Part shown: in pieces, positions 1 to 10,478 of the stretch
Position numbering within the stretch: the first letter of the stretch is position 1
Layout: the number at the start of each line of letters is the position of its first letter
NCBI GenBank assembly: GCA_025054695.1
Contig: JANWZI010000009.1
Coordinates: forward strand, 2,945 to 66,944
Length of the DNA stretch: 64,000 bases
Direction: 5' to 3'
Origin: Myxococcota bacterium
GTDB lineage: Bacteria > Myxococcota_A > Polyangia > Polyangiales > JANWZI01
Notes under the pieces: model-generated
What the model saw: only the letters and a program-made list of their open reading frames with translations
What the model was told of the DNA's origin: nothing
Databases searched by the model: none
Position numbers and translations under genes: made by a program

Positions 1-411
1 GACGCGCCCCGTGATGGGCTCGAGATTCTGGCGCGCTGGTCCCGGCCCGTCGGGATCGCGTTTCAGCTCGCCGACGACCTTCTCGGCGCGTTCGGCGATC
101 CCGAGCAGACCGGTAAACCGGCCGGCGGCGACCTGCGCGCGGGCAAGCGGACGGCTCTGCTCGTCGAGGCGTGGCGGCGCGATCCCGACGGCGCGCGGTC
201 GGTGTCGACCGCGGTGCTGGGACGCGCCGATGCGGACGCCGCCGCCATCCGCGACGCGACCGCGTGGCTCGAGCGGACCGGAGCGCGCAGAGCCATCGAG
301 GCGCGCATCGAGTCGCTGCTCGCGCAGGCCGACGGGTTGCTCGACGAGGCTCCGTTCGACGCGACGGAGCTGCGCCAACTGGCTCGTGCCCTGGCCGTGC
401 GGGACCATTGA
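1..411 (+). CDS. Polyprenyl diphosphate synthase (GGPP/FPP synthase family), 3' part only
   Basis: Frame 1 from base 1 reads GIAFQLADDLLGAFGDPEQTGKPAGGDLRAGKRT (second Asp-rich motif region of trans-prenyltransferases); stop TGA at 409-411; adjacent to mevalonate genes. Confidence 0.9.
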   Translation, partial: DAPRDGLEILARWSRPVGIAFQLADDLLGAFGDPEQTGKPAGGDLRAGKRTALLVEAWRRDPDGARSVSTAVLGRADADAAAIRDATAWLERTGARRAIEARIESLLAQADGLLDEAPFDATELRQLARALAVRDH

Positions 412-417
412 CGCGAC

Positions 418-1332
418 GTGGCCTTCGGTCGGGGCAAGGTGATCCTCGTCGGCGAGCACGCCGTGGTCTACGGACATCCGGCGATCGCGGCGGGCCTCGA
501 CGTCGGCGTGCACGCGCAGGCGCGTGCTTCGGCGGACGACCGACTGTGCATCCGCCCGTGGGGCCGGGACGTCGTTGCGGACGAACGGAGCGACGAGCCG
601 CTCGGGCGCGCGTTCGCGGCGTTGCTGCGCAGCGGCCGCGAGGGCCGACCGGCCAGCCCGGTGTGCGTCGAGGTCATGGTGCAGATTCCGGCAGCCGCAG
701 GGCTGGGCTGCTCGGCCGCGCTCGGCGTCGCGATCGCGGGGGCCCTGGACGAGTGGCTCGGCCTGCGGCGGCCGCTCGACGAGCGGGAGCGGCTCGCGCT
801 CGCGTGGGAGCGCGAGTTCCACGGAAATCCCTCGGGCATCGATACCGCGGTCAGCCTGCGCGGCGGCGTGATGTGGTACCGACGCGGCCAGGCGCCCGAG
901 GCGCTCCGCCCCGCGTGCGCGCTGCTCCTGGTGCTCGTCGACAGCGGGCAGCCCTCGAGCACGCGCGAGATGGTGGCGCGGGTTGCGGCGCGGCGCGAGG
1001 CGCAGCCCGCTCTCGTGGGCTCGACGTTCGATGCGCTCGGCGCTCTCGCCGGCCGGATGCGCGAGGCGCTCGCGCGCGGCGATCGGGACGAGATCGGCCG
1101 GTGCTTCGATGCGGCTCACGACGGGCTGTGCGCGCTGGGCGTGAGCACGGAGCGGCTGGACGCGCTGTGCGAGCGGGCTCGGTCGGCAGGCGCGCTCGGT
1201 GCCAAGCCGACGGGCGCAGGGGGCGGAGGTTGCGCGATCGCGCTGGTCGGCGACGAAGGGCGGGCCGGTCGCGTGCTCGAGGCGTGCGCCGCGATGGGTG
1301 CGCGAAGCTGGCTCGTCGAGGTGGGTCGGTGA
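418..1332 (+). CDS. mvk: Mevalonate kinase
   Basis: GHMP kinase motifs GKVILVGEHAVVYG, IPAAAGLGCSAA, HGNPSGID, KPTGAGGGG. Confidence 0.92.
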   Translation: MAFGRGKVILVGEHAVVYGHPAIAAGLDVGVHAQARASADDRLCIRPWGRDVVADERSDEPLGRAFAALLRSGREGRPASPVCVEVMVQIPAAAGLGCSAALGVAIAGALDEWLGLRRPLDERERLALAWEREFHGNPSGIDTAVSLRGGVMWYRRGQAPEALRPACALLLVLVDSGQPSSTREMVARVAARREAQPALVGSTFDALGALAGRMREALARGDRDEIGRCFDAAHDGLCALGVSTERLDALCERARSAGALGAKPTGAGGGGCAIALVGDEGRAGRVLEACAAMGARSWLVEVGR

Positions 1333-2345
1333 AGCGGCAGTCCCTCGCGGCCGAGGCGGTCGCGTGCGCCAACATCGCCCTCGCGAAGTACTGGGGCAAA
1401 CGGCCCTACGGGCGGACTGACAACTTGCCAGCCGTCCCGAGCATTTCGATGACGCTCGACAGGCTGCGCACGGTCACGCACGTTCGCATCGAGCCGGCTC
1501 GTCGCGCGACGCTCCGCGTGCGGCTCGACGGGGTCGAGGCCGACGAGACCACGTACCGGCGCGTCGGGCGAATGGTCCGGGAGGTCCTCCGCGTCGCGGG
1601 TCTGCCCACGACGAGCGCGGTGTGGGTCGACTCGCACAACGACTTTCCCACCGCGTCCGGCCTGGCCTCGAGCGCGTCGGGGTTCGCGGCGCTCGCGGCG
1701 GCGCTGCGGGTCGCGGCGGGGTTGCCGCACGATCCGGTGGAGGTTTCGCGCTTGGCGCGTAGGGCGAGCGCTTCGGCGGCGCGGTCGGTGTGGGGCGGCT
1801 TCGTCGAGCTGCCGGCGGGCGACCGGCGCACGGGCGACCGGCTCGCGGCGCGTCCGCTCGTCGGACCACGGCACTGGGATCTGCGGATGGTGGTCGCCAT
1901 CGTCGGACGCGGCCCCAAGGCAGTCGGCTCGCGGGAGGCGATGGAGCGGACGCGACGGCAGTCCCCGCTGTACGCGGCCTGGCTTCGTCTGGCGCCGCGG
2001 CTCGCGCGAGAGGTACGCGAGGGCCTGATGCGCCGGGATCTGGAGCGCGTCGGGCGCGCGATGGAGCGCAGCACCTTGGCCTTTCATGCGACGGCGCTGC
2101 TTGCAGACCCTCCGATTCTGTATGCGGAGCCGGCCACGATCGAACTGTTGCGTTCGGTCTGGCGGCTGCGAGAGGAAGGTCGAAGCGTCTGGGCGACGAT
2201 GGACGCAGGGCCGCACGTCAAGGCGTTGTGTGCGCCAGAGGACGCGTCCGTGGTCGCGGAGACGTTGCGCGCGGTGCGCGGCGTGAGGGATGTGCTGACG
2301 TGCAAACCCGGGCCGAACCTCGTCGTGCGTCGGGTCGATCGATGA
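1329..2345 (+). CDS. mvaD: Diphosphomevalonate decarboxylase
   Basis: ANIALAKYWGK, NDFPTASGLASSASGFAAL, SASAARS, TMDAGPHVK; GTG start overlaps mvk stop (GTGA). Confidence 0.93.
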   Translation: MKRQSLAAEAVACANIALAKYWGKRPYGRTDNLPAVPSISMTLDRLRTVTHVRIEPARRATLRVRLDGVEADETTYRRVGRMVREVLRVAGLPTTSAVWVDSHNDFPTASGLASSASGFAALAAALRVAAGLPHDPVEVSRLARRASASAARSVWGGFVELPAGDRRTGDRLAARPLVGPRHWDLRMVVAIVGRGPKAVGSREAMERTRRQSPLYAAWLRLAPRLAREVREGLMRRDLERVGRAMERSTLAFHATALLADPPILYAEPATIELLRSVWRLREEGRSVWATMDAGPHVKALCAPEDASVVAETLRAVRGVRDVLTCKPGPNLVVRRVDR

Positions 2346-3336
2346 GCCACGTCGGCGTCGTTCGGATCTCGGCGCCCGGCAAGATCGTGCTGCTCGGCGA
2401 GTACGCGGTGCGCGAGGGGCACGAGGCGCTCGTCGCGGCCATCGATCGGCGGGTGTGGCTGACGGCTCGGCCCATCCTTCGCGACGGTTCGCCCCCGGCC
2501 GGCGACCCTTCGCCCGAACGCGCGGGGCTGGCACCCGAGATCGCGCTAGCACTGCGGCACGCGGAACGGAGGATCGGCCGCGTGCACGCCGCGCTGCAGA
2601 TCGACACGACGGCACTGCAGCGGCAGGGCCGCAAGCTCGGGCTCGGTTCGTCGGCGGCCGGGGCGGCCGTGGCCGCCGCACTGCCCCATGCGTGGGCGGG
2701 ACGAGACGTGCAGTGCGATGAGGTGCGTCGGCTCGTGCTCGAGTCGGCCATGCACGCGCATCGCGCCGTCTCCTCGCGCGGCAGCGGCGTGGACGTGGCG
2801 GCGAGCGTGCTCGGAGGCGTGTTGCGGTATCGCAGGCCCGGCCCCGACCGATGGGAGGCCGTACCGTTCGACGCGCACGGCGGTCCCGTGCTCCGCGTGG
2901 TGTGGACGGGGAGCCCGGTGCGCACGGCTTCGATGGTCGATGCCGTCGATGCGTGGGCGCAGCGCGATTCGAATGGCTACCGGCGGTGCATCGAGGCGCT
3001 CGCGGAGGCCACGCACCGTGCTCTCGCCGCGTGGCGGAGCCCCGCGCTGTTCGACGCGGTCGAGCGGCACGCCGCCGCGATGGACGAGCTGGGGCGGGGC
3101 GCGGGGGTGCCGGTGCTCGACGAGACGACGAGGCGCGTGCGCGAACTGGCGCGACGTGTCGGAGGGGCGGCGAAGCCCTCGGGTGCCGGCGGCGGCGACG
3201 TGGTGGTCGCATTCCTGCCGGGCGACGAGGCAGCCCGTGCGTTCGAGGAGGCGTGTCGATGCGAATCGCTGCACCCGCTACGATGCGAGATGGGAGCGAG
3301 CGGCGTGAGGAACGAGCCCCCGCCGAACGACGGCTC

Positions 3337-3340
<4 letters not shown>
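2342..3340 (+). CDS. Phosphomevalonate kinase (GHMP family)
   Basis: SAPGKIVLLGEYAV, KLGLGSSAA, GSGVDVAAS, KPSGAGGGD; ATGA overlap with mvaD stop. Confidence 0.88.
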
Positions 3341-4623
<1,283 letters not shown>

Positions 4624-4624
4624 A

Positions 4625-4936
4625 GTGGGGCTGCCGGTCGCCTACGCGTTCGTCGTCGGCCTCGTCGTCGGCGGGCTCGTGCTGCTGGCGGCGATGCTCT
4701 TCGCGGAATCTCGCACGCGAGTCGTGCTCGGGCTGGGGTTTGGCGCATCGACGTTCGGCGTGACCGGCGTGCTCTGTACGCTGCTCGGTTGGCCGCCGCG
4801 GCCCTCGTCGACGGTGGCCTTCGCGGTCTTCGTCGCGCTCGGGGCCACCTGCCTCGGTGCTCGAGCGGCACCGACCGGGCGCACCCGAAAGAGCCGCGCG
4901 AGGCGAGGGCGCGTGACACGAAGAAGACGCACCTGA
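4625..4936 (+). CDS. Small hypothetical membrane protein (about 3 TM segments, basic tail)
   Basis: 103-aa hydrophobic ORF starting 1 nt after the mvaA stop. Confidence 0.55.
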   Translation: MGLPVAYAFVVGLVVGGLVLLAAMLFAESRTRVVLGLGFGASTFGVTGVLCTLLGWPPRPSSTVAFAVFVALGATCLGARAAPTGRTRKSRARRGRVTRRRRT

Positions 4937-4974
4937 CCTCGCCGTCAGGGTTCGTGGAGGTTTCGAAGGGGCGT

Positions 4975-5052
4975 GAGCGCGAGTCCGAGTCCGAGCCCGA
5001 GCCCGAGTTCGAGTCCGACCCCGAGGCGGAACCGGAGACCGAGCCCGAGTCC
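4975..5052 (+). repeat. Degenerate hexamer array R1, 13 units of GAGNCC
   Basis: GAGCGC GAGTCC GAGTCC GAGCCC GAGCCC GAGTTC GAGTCC ...; between convergent genes. Confidence 0.9.
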
Positions 5053-5102
5053 AGCTCGAAGACAGACTGCGGAATCCCGTCCGAGGCGGCCGACCGCCGT
5101 CG

Positions 5103-7976
5103 TCAGTCGATCCAGGAGACCATCTCGGGGCGCCGCGTCCGGTAATTCTCGTCGACGTAGTCGAGCAACTCGAGCAAGAACGTCTCCATCTGGGCGCCGG
5201 ACGGCGTGCCGCGCGGCGCGTCCGTGTAGAAAGTGCCCTTGAGGCATTCCTCGCCCCGGCAACGGCCGTCGGGAAACACGAAAATCATCTTCTGGAAACG
5301 CGCGTGCTCCGCAATCGCCGTCGAGGTCATGTAATTCCAGAACAAAATCCCCGTCGGCAATAGGTCCGCCGGTTCCATGCCATAGCCGTGGAGAAACACC
5401 ACGACGGGATATCGCTGATCGCGGAATTCCTCGAGGTGATAGCCGGGTGGCAAGATGATCGTGACGGGGCCGGTGCGACCGGTGCTCGCGGTGAACTCGA
5501 ACAGGATCTGGCTGGGATTGGGACAGTCCGGTCGGCCCGACTCGCATAGCCGATCGGTGACGCGGCGTCGGTCGCCACCCGGCCAGCGCGCGCTCATCCA
5601 CGACAGGGGCGCGAGCAGCCGATTGACGGCCTGAACGATGGTGCCCACGTGCGCGCCGTCCCCCATCTGGATGTCGGCCTCGGCGGCGTCCGGATCCCCG
5701 TACCGCACGAGGACGTACTTGCCGACGCCGTGCCAGAAGACGTCGGTGAACACGAATTCTTCGTCGGATCGACGGCCGTCGAGGTGCAGCGAGCCGTGGC
5801 GATTGTAGTAACGCACCGGGAGCCCCCGGGCGACGAGCGCGGACACCATGAAGTTGCTCGCCGTCGCGCCGAGGAACAGATCCCGGATGCCGCCGTCGGC
5901 GAACACGTCGAGGTTTTGCAGCGCGACCAGCGGCGCTGCGCGGATGAGCTCGCGCGGCCCCCGTGCGAGCATCCGCCGCGCCCCGTGCGCCATGTCCCAG
6001 CATCCGTTGCCTTCGCCCCGGTCGAAACCGCCGTCCGCCAGTTGCCGCGTGCCGAGGACGCCGTCGAGACCGACGTCGAGGAACGCCTCTCCGTCGGCGG
6101 GATTGCACGGGTCGCCGTTGCGGATCAGGTCGCCCTCGGTCCCCGTCGGATTGTACTGATAGTCGAAGTCGTCTCCGGCGGGGTCCGGGTTCGTGATGGG
6201 GTCGTACCCCCGCTCGTCTCGATTGCAAACCCGATCGACGCCACAATCGTCCCAGGGCTCGCGCCCGTTGCGGATCACCGGCTCTCCCGGATCGCGCCGT
6301 CCATTGGCATTGACGTCGACCGCGAGGGCCACCTCGACCGGTGTGTCGTTCGGCCCCGCCGGATCCCAGCGCCCGACGTCGCGCTCGCCGCCGACGACGC
6401 GTTCGGCTCCGTCGCAAAACGCGATGACGGGATGGCGTCCCTCCGGATTGTACTCGTCGTCGAAGAATCCCGTGCCGGGCGCTCCGCTGTAGGGCGGAAT
6501 GATCACCGGCTCGCGGCAGCGCTGGCTCGACGGACGGGTCAGTTCGCTCGCCGGAACGCCCGGGGGCAAGACGTTCGGTTCGTCCTCGGTCGCGGCGCGG
6601 TCGGTGTTGGGATTGCCGAACATGCGCGCCAGATCGCGGAAGATGGTGACGTACTCGCGGCGGTCGAAGCGCCCACCCTGTCCGTCGTGCTCGTCGACGT
6701 AGTACCAGTCCTCGAAATGCTGCGCGTGCTCGTGCATGTACCGGGGCGGCGGCACGCGCGCGAGGGAGGCGCCGGCCTCGCAAGAGGCCGGATCGCGGCG
6801 CCGTTCTTCGTCGGTGCAGAAGCCCCCGAGGTGGTAGTCGCGCATGTATTGCAGCATGTACTGCCAATCCCATGCGGCGCCCAGCGGCGCGAGGAAGTCG
6901 AACCGATCGAGATTGCGAAGGCCGGCGATCCCCGTTCCGCCACCGCCCATGGAAATGCCCGTGATTCCCCGGAAGGTCATCCGCCGCATGCGCGGGCGGC
7001 CCGCGTCGGCGCGCACCACCGCTTGATAGGTTCCCAGTCGGGGGGCCTCGAAGACGAGCCGTCCGTCCGGTCCCCCGGTCCACTGGACGAACGCCACGGG
7101 GACGCGCCGCGGCGTCGGCACGCCGGGGCCGGTGTACGTCAGCTCCACGTGGCCGTCGTGGGCGCCCTCCGGGAGTCGGGTGCGTCGGACCGGAATGGCC
7201 ATGGGGACCTCGCGCGCGAAGCGAAGGTGCACGGGACCGAAGCGAACGGCCGGACCGAGCGGTAGCCAGCCGTCGGGCACCTGGTCGGGCGCGCAGCCGA
7301 TGGACGCGTCGAAGGGCTCGACGTGATAGCGATCGCGGCGCGCCGAGTTGGGCGTCAGCGCCACGAAGGCGCCGGCGAGCGAGCCGTCGGCGACGCGAAG
7401 CTCGCCTCCCGGGGTGACACGGCCGCTCGCCATTCCCGAACATGGGGGCAGCTCGTCCGCGGTCACGACCACGTCGAGGGTTGCGGTGACCGGTGACGGG
7501 TCACCCGTCGGCGGTTGCCACCGCGCCGTCAGTCGCGTGCGGCCGGTGCCCAAACCCCGCAGGCGCACCTCGGCACGGCTCGTGTTGCGCTCGATGCGCA
7601 ACCTCGACGGCTCGAGCGCTACCACCGAGGAGTCTTCCAGCGTCAGCTCGACGTCCATGTCGACGCAGGGGTTGTCGCGCGACAGGAGCAGCGCCGCGAC
7701 GCGCGTGCGGCCCGGCACGGTGCCCACCTCGGCGGGCTCGAAGCGCAGCGCCGGCCGCGCGCGACACTCTTCCTCCGCGTCGGGCCCGGCATCCACGAAC
7801 CGCCGCGGCGGGTCGTCTCCGCCGCATGCCGCCGCACCCGCAGCGAGCAACAGCGCGAAAGCCCACCCCCACCCGCTGCCCGCACCGCGGAGGGCGTGAG
7901 CCAGGGGGACATGCGGGATCCGGCCGGCCCGGCAATCGCCGGTCACGGCGCAACAAGTCGAGAACGCACGAAGCAC
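5103..7976 (-). CDS. Large lipoprotein with alpha/beta-hydrolase (esterase) motifs; start uncertain
   Basis: Lipobox-like LLLAAGAAAC; GISMGG nucleophile elbow; C-terminal ILPPGY..YPVVVFLHGYG..VFPDG..LLDYVDENYRT. Confidence 0.8.
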   Translation of the reverse strand: MLRAFSTCCAVTGDCRAGRIPHVPLAHALRGAGSGWGWAFALLLAAGAAACGGDDPPRRFVDAGPDAEEECRARPALRFEPAEVGTVPGRTRVAALLLSRDNPCVDMDVELTLEDSSVVALEPSRLRIERNTSRAEVRLRGLGTGRTRLTARWQPPTGDPSPVTATLDVVVTADELPPCSGMASGRVTPGGELRVADGSLAGAFVALTPNSARRDRYHVEPFDASIGCAPDQVPDGWLPLGPAVRFGPVHLRFAREVPMAIPVRRTRLPEGAHDGHVELTYTGPGVPTPRRVPVAFVQWTGGPDGRLVFEAPRLGTYQAVVRADAGRPRMRRMTFRGITGISMGGGGTGIAGLRNLDRFDFLAPLGAAWDWQYMLQYMRDYHLGGFCTDEERRRDPASCEAGASLARVPPPRYMHEHAQHFEDWYYVDEHDGQGGRFDRREYVTIFRDLARMFGNPNTDRAATEDEPNVLPPGVPASELTRPSSQRCREPVIIPPYSGAPGTGFFDDEYNPEGRHPVIAFCDGAERVVGGERDVGRWDPAGPNDTPVEVALAVDVNANGRRDPGEPVIRNGREPWDDCGVDRVCNRDERGYDPITNPDPAGDDFDYQYNPTGTEGDLIRNGDPCNPADGEAFLDVGLDGVLGTRQLADGGFDRGEGNGCWDMAHGARRMLARGPRELIRAAPLVALQNLDVFADGGIRDLFLGATASNFMVSALVARGLPVRYYNRHGSLHLDGRRSDEEFVFTDVFWHGVGKYVLVRYGDPDAAEADIQMGDGAHVGTIVQAVNRLLAPLSWMSARWPGGDRRRVTDRLCESGRPDCPNPSQILFEFTASTGRTGPVTIILPPGYHLEEFRDQRYPVVVFLHGYGMEPADLLPTGILFWNYMTSTAIAEHARFQKMIFVFPDGRCRGEECLKGTFYTDAPRGTPSGAQMETFLLELLDYVDENYRTRRPEMVSWID

Positions 7977-7995
7977 GGCGCTATCGTACTGGGCG

Positions 7996-8976
7996 ATGGC
8001 AGTCGTCGACAGGGGCGTGCGCGAACGACTCGAGTGGGCTCGCCGGCGCGTCGAGTCCCGTCCCCTCGGTGCGGACGTGCCGCACGAACGGCTGGGTCGG
8101 TACCGGTCCTACGGCGAGCTGCTCGACGCATGGGCGGCCCTGGCCGATGCCGGTGCGCGGCTCGATTGCCTCGGCGAGTCCGCAGGTGGGCAGCCGCTGT
8201 TTGCGCTCGAGGTCGGTCCCGCGGACGCGGGGCGCTTGGCCCTGGTGCTGTCCGGCATCCACGCGATGGAATGGATCGGTGTCGAAACGGGGATGGCCCT
8301 GTTCGGCCGACTCGTCGCGGAGCCGCCCGCGGATCGCCGCGTCGCTTACGTACCGGTCGTCAATCCGGACGGCTACCTTCGCGCGGAATCCGACCTGCGG
8401 GCGCGCCGCCGGCGGTTCGTGCGGGCCAACGCGAACGGCGTCGATCTCAATCGGAACTGGCCCACCCACTGGCGCTCCGTCAAATGGGAAGCACGCCTGC
8501 TGCCATGCCTGGGCGGGCCGGGGACCGCTCCGCGCTCGGAGCCGGAGGTAGACGCCATCTGCGCGAAGCTGGAGGCGTGGCACCGCGCGGGCGTCGCCGT
8601 CGAGCGCGCACTGTCGCTGCACTCGTTCGGGCGGATGCTGCTGCTGCCATACGGAGGGCGATGGCGGCGCCCGACTCGATTTCGCGAGCATCTCGATGCG
8701 GCGCGCGCGATGCACGCGCGCATCGGCGACGGGCGCCATCGCATCCGCCAATCGGCGCGCTGGGTGCCGGGGTTGTTCGCGCACGGCATGGAAATCGACC
8801 ACCTGCTCGAGGCGTTCGGCGCGCTTTCGCTGCTCGTCGAGTGCTCCAGTGGCGGCCTGCGACTGCACGATCCGACGAGCTGGTGGCATCCGTGGCGCTG
8901 GTTCAATCCCCCCGATCCGGAGCGAACCGTCGACGGGCTCGTCACGGCGCTCGAGGCCTTCGTGCGCGGAACCTGA
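7996..8976 (+). CDS. M14 family zinc carboxypeptidase
   Basis: GIHAME (HxxE), VNPDG, NANGVDLNRNW, SEPE, LHSFG. Confidence 0.88.
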   Translation: MAVVDRGVRERLEWARRRVESRPLGADVPHERLGRYRSYGELLDAWAALADAGARLDCLGESAGGQPLFALEVGPADAGRLALVLSGIHAMEWIGVETGMALFGRLVAEPPADRRVAYVPVVNPDGYLRAESDLRARRRRFVRANANGVDLNRNWPTHWRSVKWEARLLPCLGGPGTAPRSEPEVDAICAKLEAWHRAGVAVERALSLHSFGRMLLLPYGGRWRRPTRFREHLDAARAMHARIGDGRHRIRQSARWVPGLFAHGMEIDHLLEAFGALSLLVECSSGGLRLHDPTSWWHPWRWFNPPDPERTVDGLVTALEAFVRGT

Positions 8977-9139
8977 GCGACGGCCTCGGTCGAGCGACTC
9001 CGTCCTTGTGCGCACGTGCGCGTGAATCGGGGCCGTCGAGTGTGCCGGACGTCGTTCCGATCCCGAGCCGCCCTCGGCGTCGAGTCTCGCCGCGACGGAT
9101 TGCCCATCCGCGGCACACGGGCTCCCATGCAGGGCGTCG

Positions 9140-10351
9140 TCAGCGATTCTGCAATTGCCGCTGGATCTCCCGCATGACCTCCGGGGGAATGTCCCTCGTT
9201 CCTTCGGTCATCGCAGACGGTCCGGACGAAGGGGGCTCGCTTGCGGTCGGGGTCATCGCGGCGGCGCTTCCCATCGCCGTCATCGCCGTCATCGCCGTCT
9301 CGGTCATCGCCGTCGAATCGCTCGTACTGGCACTCCCCGAGTCGGTGGACTGGAACGAGGCGAGCGTGACGTTGATCTTTTCGGCGACGTAGCTCGAGAC
9401 GACGTACACGATGTCGACTCCGTCGCGCGCCAGATAATACTCGCGATTTTCGTCGCGACCGTTTCCAAGCCGCAGCGTGATGCTCTCCGGCGGCAGCGTC
9501 GGAACCGAAGCGTCCGGCCCTCCGGCGTCCCCGACGCCGGCGTCCGGAGCGCGTCGGACCACGGTCAGCGTGACGCGTGCGCTCTGTTCGCCGATGCCCG
9601 TCGACTCGCGCGTGGCGTCGGTCGCAGCAAAGTCCACCGCAGACAGCCGCGCGAGGGTCGAGACGATCGAGTCGACCTTCGACGGCGAGAACCGTTCGAT
9701 GGCCGCCACCCCGGCCGGCAGGGCCCACTCGTTCTCGCTATTGCGCACGAAGCGCCAGGATCCCGCCGACGTCTGGAAGGCGATCTCGCGCACCTCGTCC
9801 GTCGAGACGTCCGTGATCCGCCGGTTGCGCCAGTCCTTGACGTCCCGGTTGAACGCCCACTTGATCGAGCCCTCGACGCCCCAGACGCGGTCCTGACCCT
9901 CGCGCCGCACGTTGGTGAAGCCGGCCCCGTAGCCACCGATCCACAGATCCGCGAGCGTCTGGCCATCACCCCGGACGATCACCCGGACGGCGTGCTCGGC
10001 ATCGACTTCGAGCCGCGCGTGGTGCGCGGCATTGCTCGCCACGAGGCGGCCCGCTTTCATCTCGTCGAGGCGGTCGAGGGCCGTCTCGACGGCGCTCGCG
10101 TCGGCCTCGGCGTCGACCGGCTCGACCAGACGCCAGCCCTCCGGGCGTCGCGCGAGGCGCACGGTCGGCTGGTCGGCCGCGGGGCGGCGGACCTCGATCT
10201 CGTCGATCTCGTCTTTGTCGAGATCGGGCAGGGCCGTGGTCAAATCCTCGGGCGGGGTTTCCACCGGCGCGCGCGAGACACTGAGCCAGATGGCGAGCCC
10301 GCCCAGGGCGACGAGCACCGCCGTGGCGATGACGAGTCGATGTCGCTTCAT
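9140..10351 (-). CDS. DUF4340-type membrane-anchored protein associated with Gld-like ABC transporter
   Basis: N-terminal TM helix after MKRHR; two similar W-x-L..P...AD-type modules; last gene of the ABC operon; low-complexity TAM-repeat tail. Confidence 0.75.
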   Translation of the reverse strand: MKRHRLVIATAVLVALGGLAIWLSVSRAPVETPPEDLTTALPDLDKDEIDEIEVRRPAADQPTVRLARRPEGWRLVEPVDAEADASAVETALDRLDEMKAGRLVASNAAHHARLEVDAEHAVRVIVRGDGQTLADLWIGGYGAGFTNVRREGQDRVWGVEGSIKWAFNRDVKDWRNRRITDVSTDEVREIAFQTSAGSWRFVRNSENEWALPAGVAAIERFSPSKVDSIVSTLARLSAVDFAATDATRESTGIGEQSARVTLTVVRRAPDAGVGDAGGPDASVPTLPPESITLRLGNGRDENREYYLARDGVDIVYVVSSYVAEKINVTLASFQSTDSGSASTSDSTAMTETAMTAMTAMGSAAAMTPTASEPPSSGPSAMTEGTRDIPPEVMREIQRQLQNR

Positions 10352-10478
10352 CGGGCATCCTCCAGAATGGGCCGGCGTCCGTGCCGCCTCGCGACGGGCC
10401 GGGCACGACGGCCCCTGCGCTCGACCGTCGCGGCCGCGAACCTCGCACCCCCGCGCTGGCCGCTGCGACGCATGGGGG

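Noticed and set aside
171-1328. Long N-terminal extensions of ORF-track calls (for example 171..2345, 1790..3340, 2851..4623, 15036..17843, 33077..34321)
   Set aside because: Arg/Ala-rich off-frame read-through of upstream genes; family motifs begin at later, often coupled, starts
4932-4949. Hairpin CCTGAC-N6-GTCAGG as an intrinsic terminator
   Set aside because: Only 6 bp, overlaps the stop codon and lacks a U-tract
9272-9313. 9-bp tandem repeats catcgccgt
   Set aside because: They encode the low-complexity TAM tail of the DUF4340-type protein and are unrelated to the hexamer family
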